A stretch of DNA of 64,000 nucleotides. It comes from Bacteroidales bacterium (lineage in GTDB: Bacteria > Bacteroidota > Bacteroidia > Bacteroidales > WCHB1-69). Position numbers and translations under genes: made by a program. The stretch spans positions 1,898 to 65,897 of the forward strand of contig JAZLHE010000057.1 of the NCBI GenBank assembly GCA_045616665.1, written 5' to 3'. A model generated the notes under the pieces. It was not told the origin of the DNA. It was given only the letters and a program-made list of their open reading frames with translations, and ran no database searches. Positions 17,617 through 24,719 of the stretch are shown in pieces; the stretch's first letter is position 1; every line of letters begins with the position of its first letter.

Positions 17617-18360
17617 TTATCTTGTCAGTTGGTGGAATAATTCCTCCATCTCCAAATTCGTGGTCCGTTCTTCTTGTCGTTTGAATCCCATCTGTTCAGT
17701 CATTTTTCGTATTTCTTCAATTTTGGCATCGGCAACAATTTTACCTTTGTTGATGATGATGATACGGTCGCAAACGGCTTCCACTTCCTGCATAATATGG
17801 GTGGAAAGCAAAACGGTTTTAGTCTTGCCGTATTTCTTTATTAATTCTCGAATTTCTACCAGTTGATTGGGATCCAAGCCGGTGGTCGGTTCATCCAAAA
17901 TCAAGACTTCCGGGTCGTGGATGAGGGCTTGTGCCAAACCCACACGCTGTTTGTAGCCACGTGACAACGCGCCAATCTTTTTGTGCATTTCCGGCTCCAA
18001 TCCTGTCATTTTGATGACTTTTTCCACTTGTTCCTTTTTGTCTTTCAACTGATGGACGCCGGCAATGAATTCTAAAAATTCCCGAACATACATATCATAA
18101 TATAATGGGTTTGCTTCGGAAAGGTATCCGACTTTTTTACGCAATGCCAACGAATCATTCCAAATGTCACAACCACACACCGACACGTCGCCTTTAGTGG
18201 GCGGAATATATGAAGTGATGATTTTCATCATGGTCGATTTTCCCGCGCCATTTGGGCCTAAAAAGCCGACGATTTCTCCCTTGCCGATTTCAAAACTCAC
18301 GTTGTCAAGGGCATATTGTGTGCCAAAAACCTTACTTACATTATGAACGGAAATGGACAT
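17617..18360 (-). CDS. gldA: ABC transporter ATP-binding protein, GldA-like (gliding-motility-associated ABC ATPase family)
   Basis: Walker A GPNGAGKST, signature LSRGYKQRV and Walker B VLILDEPTTGLD. By recollection it closely resembles Flavobacterium GldA (HKKIG.LS+GY+QRVGLA.AL). No permease gene is adjacent. Confidence 0.6.
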   Translation of the reverse strand: MSISVHNVSKVFGTQYALDNVSFEIGKGEIVGFLGPNGAGKSTMMKIITSYIPPTKGDVSVCGCDIWNDSLALRKKVGYLSEANPLYYDMYVREFLEFIAGVHQLKDKKEQVEKVIKMTGLEPEMHKKIGALSRGYKQRVGLAQALIHDPEVLILDEPTTGLDPNQLVEIRELIKKYGKTKTVLLSTHIMQEVEAVCDRIIIINKGKIVADAKIEEIRKMTEQMGFKRQEERTTNLEMEELFHQLTR

Positions 18361-18499
18361 TTTGCTTAATTTTGGATTTTCAACTATAAAAAAGCAAAAT
18401 TACAGAAAAATTTTGAATTATCGTTTTTTCTTAGATAGAAATACAAAAAACAATTCATAATTTTTGATTCAGGAATTAGCTGTTCAATAGTTTAAACGA

Positions 18500-19825
18500 T
18501 TATTTGTTCGTTTTTGTTGTGTCGGAAGAATTTTTGACTTTGCTGCTTTTTGAAGAAGTTTTAGGCTTTGTCGTTTCTTGAATTTTCTCAGTTGCACTGT
18601 TTTTGCCTTCGGGATCTCCACTGCTGATTTGCATCTCGAAGCCGTTATCCTTGTTTGCCTTTATGCTGATGTTGACGTTATTGTCTTTATCTTCCAATAC
18701 TTCGTAAATTTTATCTACCGCTTCATTGATATTTTCGTCATTCATTGGTTCGCTGCTTTGGTAAGAATAACTTTTGTATCCGTTTTCATCAGTGATCCAT
18801 GCATCATCTTCATAATCGTCGTTCCAATCATAATTTGTGTAGTTTGACTTGTTATAGTTATTGCCAAATTGGTCGATACTATGTTGAATCCGGTAGTCAG
18901 TATCAAAATTTTTACCTTCCATAATGCCGAAAAAAATGATGGCGAATAAACTGATAATCCAGATAGCCAATAAAGTCCAACCCACCCATTTATGTTTGCG
19001 ACCTTGGTTTCTAAAGGCGCGAACGCAAAGTACGATGATGCCAATGACCGGGCAGAGGCAAAATACGGCAACACTTGTCAGCAGAAGGATGTCGGTCAAA
19101 TCGCCAAACCCCCCAGGAGTGTATGTGATTAATCCAACGAAAACGGCAATAACGCAACCTAAAAAGCAAATGCCAAAGATGATTCCAATGACAATGCCAA
19201 GGCAGATAAGCAAAAACTTGAAGATATTGCCTGCTGTGCTCTTGCTTTTAATGTAGTCGCCTGAATTTGTGTGAAAATTGTTGATATTCTCCAAGGAAGG
19301 CTCGATGCCTCGCATTTCCAACAATTGAGCCGTCGTTTTGGCTTCCGGCATGGCTATGAGAAAAATCAGGTAAATGAGTAGTCCCCAGCCAAGACTAATC
19401 AAAATCAGTATGATGAACAAAATGCGCATCAGCACGCGGTCTATGCCGAAGTAGGCGGCGATGCCGCTAGCGACGCCCCCTATGACTTTATTTTCCGGAT
19501 CGCGGTACAGTTTTCTGTATTTCTTGTCTTGGCGCTGTGGTTCCGAAAAATCGTTTTTCTCTTCGGTACTTTCGCCAAACTCTTCAGGTTTTCCAATCAC
19601 TCCGATGACGTCTTCTATGTCGGAGATTTCAACGACATTCCGGTTTTTGAGTTGAGAGTTGAGCAATTCTGCCATTCTGCACTCGATGTCTCTCAAAATC
19701 TCTTCTCTCTCTTCAGCAGAAAAGCGTTTTCCTAATTCTGTCAAGTAGTTGCTCAATGCCTGGTAGGCATCTTCGTCAATGTTAAAGACAAATCCTCCTA
19801 AGTTGATATTGGTGGTCTTTTTCAT
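18500..19825 (-). CDS. PspC-domain membrane protein
   Basis: PspC motif KVIGGVASGIAAYFGIDRVLMRILFIILIL. Several TM helices follow, then a polar C-terminal region. It sits immediately downstream of a PadR regulator. Confidence 0.75.
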   Translation of the reverse strand: MKKTTNINLGGFVFNIDEDAYQALSNYLTELGKRFSAEEREEILRDIECRMAELLNSQLKNRNVVEISDIEDVIGVIGKPEEFGESTEEKNDFSEPQRQDKKYRKLYRDPENKVIGGVASGIAAYFGIDRVLMRILFIILILISLGWGLLIYLIFLIAMPEAKTTAQLLEMRGIEPSLENINNFHTNSGDYIKSKSTAGNIFKFLLICLGIVIGIIFGICFLGCVIAVFVGLITYTPGGFGDLTDILLLTSVAVFCLCPVIGIIVLCVRAFRNQGRKHKWVGWTLLAIWIISLFAIIFFGIMEGKNFDTDYRIQHSIDQFGNNYNKSNYTNYDWNDDYEDDAWITDENGYKSYSYQSSEPMNDENINEAVDKIYEVLEDKDNNVNISIKANKDNGFEMQISSGDPEGKNSATEKIQETTKPKTSSKSSKVKNSSDTTKTNK

Positions 19826-19829
19826 AGGG

Positions 19830-20168
19830 CTATATGTTTTTGTTTTTTAATAATTCAACGCCTTGGGTGATTTCAATCCAGCTTTCTTCCAATTCATTCA
19901 AGAATTGAAAGCCCTCCGTGGTGAGTTCATAATATTTGCGTGGGGGACCTTGCAGCGATTCTTGCCACTGATAGCTGAGTATGCCGCTGCTTTTTAAGCG
20001 GGAAAGCAGTGGATACAAAGTTCCTTCAACGACGATGAGGTGCGCTTTTTTTAATTCGGTAATGATATCCGAAACATAGACGGGTTTTTGGGCAATGATC
20101 AGAAGAATGCAATATTCTAAATAACCTTTGCGCATTTGAGATTTAACGTTTTCCGCATTGATGGGCAT
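19830..20168 (-). CDS. PadR family transcriptional regulator
   Basis: Winged helix YLEYCILLIIAQKPVYVSDIITEL...EGTLYPLLSRLKSSGIL...PRKYYELT. I trimmed the start to ATG 20168, which lies behind the -7 box at 20192-20199. Confidence 0.85.
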   Translation of the reverse strand: MPINAENVKSQMRKGYLEYCILLIIAQKPVYVSDIITELKKAHLIVVEGTLYPLLSRLKSSGILSYQWQESLQGPPRKYYELTTEGFQFLNELEESWIEITQGVELLKNKNI

Positions 20169-20191
20169 AGTTTTCTTGTTTAAATTCGTGG

Positions 20192-20199
20192 CAAAAATA
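20192..20199 (-). promoter_or_regulatory. -7 promoter box (TATTTTTG) for padR-pspC
   Basis: It lies 24 nt upstream of ATG 20168. Confidence 0.45.
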
Positions 20200-20228
20200 T
20201 GCGTTTTTACAATACCTTGCAATGCAAG

Positions 20229-20262
20229 ATACTAAATATTAACATTTTTTAACATTTAGTAT
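20229..20262. promoter_or_regulatory. Perfect 9-bp inverted repeat (ATACTAAAT-N16-ATTTAGTAT), candidate PadR operator
   Basis: It lies 30-65 nt upstream of the padR -7 box. A neighbouring TTGCA-a-TGCAA palindrome sits at about 20213-20223. Confidence 0.3.
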
Positions 20263-20289
20263 TGTCAAAATTAAATTTCCGATTTCAAA

Positions 20290-20640
20290 ATTTGACGGGG
20301 TGTGTCGTCATAGTCGAGGGTTTGTGCCTCATTTCATTCGTCCCACTCTGGATTATAAAAATTGGATTATCCTGTATAATCTTGTTGGGATCCCTTCACT
20401 CCGTTGCGCTCCACTCGGGATGACGGGTGCATTCGGAGAACATAGTGAGCAGCTGCGCAAAGTTGTCGATCAGGGTCGGTGTGTGATGCCGCCGCAATCG
20501 CGATTACTGCGGCGACACCACGACAATATTGTTGCGTTATTACTTTCCGTTGCCGCCATTTCTTGCCCAAAGACTTGTCGTCATTCCGACGAAGCATGGC
20601 GAAGTCGGAATCTCGTTACAAGACGAAAAGTGCTAATCCC
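20290..20640. repeat. GC-rich block of hairpin/REP-like units (GTCATyCCGA..TCGGrAT type) in an otherwise AT-rich intergenic region
   Basis: Hairpin 20583-20590/20604-20611 (ATTCCGAC/GTCGGAAT). About 20-bp imperfect hairpin at 20475-20524. An inverted unit ccgtcatcccgag..gggatcc lies on the minus strand at ~20385-20427. A partial unit gtcgtcatagtcgagg lies at ~20304. A hand count gives 36/60 G+C at 20461-20520. Confidence 0.5.
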
Positions 20641-20752
20641 TTAAAAAGATATTTTTTTACAAGACTAAAGGAAACAATCTCATTTTTATTGCTAAAAAAT
20701 GTTATTTTTGCAAAATAAAAACGAATATGAATCATCAAAAAATATAGAAGCT

Positions 20753-21556
20753 ATGCAAAGAAGAATGTTTGCAATTATGTCGATGGCCTTTGCCATCGTA
20801 GTGGTAATGGGTTCCTGCAAGAAGGAAAAAGTAACTACGCAGAGTGGTGATAACCCTTCTGAGGGGAACGTGGAAATACCTTCCGGAGACGAGATAATAA
20901 AGAATGCGGTGACGGACATTGACGGTAACACCTACGATGCGGTGAAGTTGGGAGATCAGGTGTGGATGGCGGAAAACCTGCGCACGACGAAATACGCTGA
21001 CGGCACTACAATACCGATGGGGAGCACCGAGTCGGATGTTGTCGCTTATCGTTATTGTCCCAATAATAACAGTGACAATGTGAGCACCTACGGTTACCTG
21101 TACAACTGGCCGGCGGTGATGCACAACTCTTACGGCAGCGAAGACAACCCCAGCGGGGTGCAGGGCATCTGCCCCAATGGCTGGCACGTACCGAGTGATG
21201 CGGAGTGGACGCAGCTGACCGACTATGTGGGCAGCCAGAGCGAGTATGTGTGTGGTGGCGACAACAGATACATCGCCAAGGCGTTGGCCTCCACCACGGG
21301 GTGGAGCAGCAGTTCAAGCACTTGTTACCCCGGCAACAATCCTTCTGCCAACAATGCCACGGGCTTTTCTGCTGTTCCTGCGGGCAACTACAACGGCACC
21401 TACGACTATTTCTGCGACTTCGCGATCTTTTGGTCGGCTACGCAGGGCTATAGCAACTACGCCTACTACCGCTACGTGAGCTCCTACGACGCCATAGTGG
21501 ACAGGTTAAGCGGCAATAAGAACAACGGGTTTAGCGTCCGGTGTCTTCGGGACTAA
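20753..21556 (+). CDS. FISUMP-domain (Fibrobacter succinogenes major paralogous domain) lipoprotein
   Basis: Lipoprotein signal MQRRMFAIMSMAFAIVVVMGSC. Domain motifs: DIDGNTYDAVKLGDQVWMAENL, CPNGWHVPSDAEWTQL, GFSAVPAG, FWSAT and GFSVRCLRD. The gene is GC-rich (36/60 at 21241-21300). I trimmed the start to ATG 20753. Confidence 0.8.
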   Translation: MQRRMFAIMSMAFAIVVVMGSCKKEKVTTQSGDNPSEGNVEIPSGDEIIKNAVTDIDGNTYDAVKLGDQVWMAENLRTTKYADGTTIPMGSTESDVVAYRYCPNNNSDNVSTYGYLYNWPAVMHNSYGSEDNPSGVQGICPNGWHVPSDAEWTQLTDYVGSQSEYVCGGDNRYIAKALASTTGWSSSSSTCYPGNNPSANNATGFSAVPAGNYNGTYDYFCDFAIFWSATQGYSNYAYYRYVSSYDAIVDRLSGNKNNGFSVRCLRD

Positions 21557-21560
21557 GTTA

Positions 21561-21584
21561 GGGTATAGGGTGTAGGGATTTGGG
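21561..21584 (+). other. Canonical G-quadruplex motif G3N4G3N4G3N4G3
   Basis: GGGtataGGGtgtaGGGatttGGG, starting 5 nt after the FISUMP gene stop codon. Confidence 0.6.
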
Positions 21585-21787
21585 CTTAGAATTGCTTTTA
21601 GGTCACATACGGCTAATATATCCTGCGCAGCGGGCGGCGAGAGGCAAGCGCGAAGGTGCTTTAGTCAAAATGTCTTAAGACTCGCGTGCTCTTTTAATGC
21701 ATTTGCTAATTCTTATTCGCACAATGGAAGCCATTGCTGCGGGAAAGGATGTGGCAGTGCGGTAACTAATTTCGTATAGGAATGTCA

Positions 21788-22873
21788 TTAACTATGAAGC
21801 TGTGCTTCAGATTTGCTGATATTGAGCAGAACACCTGTGGCTAAGCCTGCAAATAGAAGAGAGGAACCGCCGCGACTGATGAAGGGTAGGGTTTGTCCCG
21901 TTGCCGGTATGAGTCCGCAGTTAACGCCAATATGCACAAGGCCCTGACAGCAAAACCAAAAACCAATTCCCACTGCCAGCAGCGTTCCGAATGGTCCTTC
22001 GCTCTTCTTTGCAATTTGAACGGAACGGTAAAAAATTATCATATAGCACAATAAAATAACAATGCCTACTAATGCACCCAATTCTTCGGTTACACTTGTA
22101 AAAACGTAGTCGGTGTCTTTTTCGGGAAGATTTTTGTTGATGACACCTTGTCCCGGACCGGCAGGAAGCAGCCCAGAGCGGGCAATGGCGGCTTTGGATT
22201 TGATCATTTGGTCTCCATAACCTTCGCTGTTGTCGTTGGTAATGTAAAAGTCGCAGCGGTGCCTAAATGTGCTGGAACGACCAGAGTCGGTGCCAAAAAG
22301 GTAGATGGAACCGCAGATGGCGGTGACGGCGCAAAATAAAAGCAGGTATTTGCCAGGGACTTTGCCCAAAAACATCACGACCAGACTCGTGCTGAAAAAG
22401 ATAATGGCGGTTGACATATTGCTGAGAGCCATTCCTCCCGTAAACATCAGTACGATTCCAAATAAAATAATGAGTCCATTGCGTGACATTTCAATGCCAG
22501 AGTTAATATATGCAGTCAAGTATTTGGAAATGAAAAAGATAACTAAAAAACCGATAATGTAAAATGTTTGAAATTCGAAAGAACCTACTTGGATGCCTCT
22601 TCGTTCTTCATTGCCGAACAGGAGCGTGACGACAAGCAGTATAAAGGCGAGCAAGGCAAAGGCAGGAGCTAATTTCGACAGGGTTTTGTAGCTAATAATG
22701 TAGGTGATGAACATACTGAGAAAACATAAGCCTATAAACATCAGGTGACGAATAAAGGCGCCTACCGATTCGGCAGAACTCAATACTGCCAAAATCGAAA
22801 TCAAACTTAAGAGGATGGTAATCCCCAAAATGACTTTGTCGCCCTTGAATTTAAATTTCTCTAATATGTTCAT
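21788..22873 (-). CDS. ftsW: SEDS-family protein (FtsW/RodA-like), short and apparently degenerate
   Basis: 361 aa, multi-TM. Conserved LPEKDTDYVFTSVTEELG and GQTLPFISRGGSSLL are present. Where SEDS proteins carry FQP[SA]E..K, the sequence reads FEFQTFYIIG. Its position after murD in the dcw cluster fits ftsW. Confidence 0.7.
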   Translation of the reverse strand: MNILEKFKFKGDKVILGITILLSLISILAVLSSAESVGAFIRHLMFIGLCFLSMFITYIISYKTLSKLAPAFALLAFILLVVTLLFGNEERRGIQVGSFEFQTFYIIGFLVIFFISKYLTAYINSGIEMSRNGLIILFGIVLMFTGGMALSNMSTAIIFFSTSLVVMFLGKVPGKYLLLFCAVTAICGSIYLFGTDSGRSSTFRHRCDFYITNDNSEGYGDQMIKSKAAIARSGLLPAGPGQGVINKNLPEKDTDYVFTSVTEELGALVGIVILLCYMIIFYRSVQIAKKSEGPFGTLLAVGIGFWFCCQGLVHIGVNCGLIPATGQTLPFISRGGSSLLFAGLATGVLLNISKSEAQLHS

Positions 22874-22887
22874 ATCGAAGATGAGTA

Positions 22888-23445
22888 TTACAGTTGAGCA
22901 ACGGCTTCTTTGAATTTGTCGCCTCTTTCACGATAAGTGCGGTACATCCCGAAACTGGTAGTTCCAGGAGCAAAGAGAACTGCGTCTCCGCCTGCGGAAG
23001 CATAAAATGAAGTGCGGACGGCGTCTTCCATATTCATTGAAAAATCGACTTCTTTCCCCAAATCAGCAAAAAAATCATATATTTCAGGATTATAAACACC
23101 TAAAATGATAATGTGCTTCACTTTTTCATTTACAATATCAATCAACTCGTCGTTGATAACTTCACGATTTTCAATACTCATAATCCACGTCGTGGGTTTG
23201 GTCATACTTTCTAAGGCGAACCAAACGGCGTTGGCATTGGTTGAGCGTGAGTCGTTGATGAAGTCAATGTCGTTGATGGTTTTTACCAATTCCAAGTGAT
23301 TGGCACTGCCTTCAAAGTCGGACATTGATTCGTTTAAGCTTTCATTACGGGCGTGAAGCAATTTTCCTGCCAAGGCGGCAGCCATGCTGGTCCTGTTGTC
23401 TGTGGTTGGAAAGTTGTTGTAACCGATGTTTTTGTTTGCTCCCAT
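22888..23445 (-). CDS. murD: MurD C-terminal-domain-only remnant (truncated, degenerate UDP-N-acetylmuramoylalanine--D-glutamate ligase); possible pseudogene
   Basis: 185 aa, against roughly 440 aa for MurD. It retains FINDSRSTN (NDSKATN) and ERGDKF (the C-terminal RG..F). It lacks the Rossmann domain and the GxxGTNGKT ATP-binding domain. The mraY stop lies 2 nt upstream, so there is no room for the missing part. Confidence 0.65.
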   Translation of the reverse strand: MGANKNIGYNNFPTTDNRTSMAAALAGKLLHARNESLNESMSDFEGSANHLELVKTINDIDFINDSRSTNANAVWFALESMTKPTTWIMSIENREVINDELIDIVNEKVKHIIILGVYNPEIYDFFADLGKEVDFSMNMEDAVRTSFYASAGGDAVLFAPGTTSFGMYRTYRERGDKFKEAVAQL

Positions 23446-23447
23446 TT

Positions 23448-24707
23448 TTATCTTACTTTTAATGTTACTACTGTCAAAACTGCCAACATAATGCCAATGA
23501 CGATGAATCGTTGGACGATTTTGGCTTCGTGAAGGCCTTTTTTCTGATAATGATGATGAATAGGCGTCATCAGGAAAATGCGGCGGCCTTCGCCATATTT
23601 CTTTTTGGTATATTTGAAATAACTAACCTGGATGATGACGGACAAAGATTCAACCAAATATAGTCCGCACAAAATAGGCAGTAATAATTCTTTTCTAATA
23701 ATGATGCACGATACGGCGATGATGCCGCCCAAGGTTAAACTTCCGGTGTCACCCATAAATACCTGTGCGGGAAAGCAGTTCCACCAATAGAAACCGATGC
23801 AGGCGCCGATGAGTGCGGCAATGAAAACAACCAGTTCGCCAATATTTGGGATGTACATAATGTTGAGGTAATCCGCAAAAATGGAGTTGCCGGAAACGTA
23901 GGCCAGGACGGCAATGCCTATGGCGATGACCGCTGCGGTGCCCACGGCCAATCCGTCCAAACCATCCGTAAGGTTTGCTCCATTGGATACGGCGGCAATG
24001 ATAAAGATGATAATCGCAATGTAAACGATCATACCGACAATGCCCGATGAATCACCGATCCAATTGGTCAGCCAGGCATAGTCAAATTCGTTGTTTTTCA
24101 CAAAGGGAATGGTGGTTTTGGTGGAGTGCTCGGCGGGACTGTTCGTGAAGGCCGTAGTGGTTCGGTTGACATTGTCGAATTTAAAGACTTCGTTGGTTTC
24201 GACATATTGGCGTTCTGCCGTGCTTTTTTCCTTAATTACAACATCAGGATGAATGCACATAATCAATCCCACCACTAAACCTAAAATTAATTGACCCAGC
24301 AGTTTCTTTTTTCCGGAAAGGCCTTCTTTGTTTTTCCTGAAGACTTTAATATAATCATCAGTGAAGCCTATAAATCCTAACCACAGCGTGGTGAAAATCA
24401 TCAGCAGGATATAAATGTTGTCTAATTTCGTTAATAAGAGAACAGGTATCAAAATGGAGGCAATGATGATGATTCCGCCCATTGTCGGCGTGCCTTTTTT
24501 CTGAATCTGACCTTCCAGACCCAAATCACGAATTGTTTCACCAATTTGCTTTTTTTGTAGCATTCTGATGACACTTTTGCCAATGATTAAAGAGATAAAC
24601 AGCGATAATACGATGGCAAAGGCGGCTCGGAAGGAGATGTATTGAAATACGCCTGCTCCAGGAACGTGTAAATCGTTTTTTAACCAATCAAAAAAATAAT
24701 ATAGCAT
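23448..24707 (-). CDS. mraY: Phospho-N-acetylmuramoyl-pentapeptide transferase
   Basis: 419 aa. Motifs seen: [31 protein letters not shown] and PIHHH. Confidence 0.93.
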   Translation of the reverse strand: MLYYFFDWLKNDLHVPGAGVFQYISFRAAFAIVLSLFISLIIGKSVIRMLQKKQIGETIRDLGLEGQIQKKGTPTMGGIIIIASILIPVLLLTKLDNIYILLMIFTTLWLGFIGFTDDYIKVFRKNKEGLSGKKKLLGQLILGLVVGLIMCIHPDVVIKEKSTAERQYVETNEVFKFDNVNRTTTAFTNSPAEHSTKTTIPFVKNNEFDYAWLTNWIGDSSGIVGMIVYIAIIIFIIAAVSNGANLTDGLDGLAVGTAAVIAIGIAVLAYVSGNSIFADYLNIMYIPNIGELVVFIAALIGACIGFYWWNCFPAQVFMGDTGSLTLGGIIAVSCIIIRKELLLPILCGLYLVESLSVIIQVSYFKYTKKKYGEGRRIFLMTPIHHHYQKKGLHEAKIVQRFIVIGIMLAVLTVVTLKVR

Positions 24708-24719
24708 AGTTGATGTATT

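Noticed and set aside
20300-20644. 114-aa + strand ORF in the padR-FISUMP intergenic region
   Set aside because: It is a translation of the REP-like hairpin units (SLRCAPLGMTG, CRHSDEAWRSRN), and its start codon is non-ATG (GTG at 20300). I treat it as repeat DNA, not a gene.
21557-21787. Possible murG remnant downstream of ftsW
   Set aside because: Minus-strand translation gives only a 19-codon frame (MASIVRIRISKCIKRARES). It has no GGTGGH motif, so nothing supports a MurG pseudogene.
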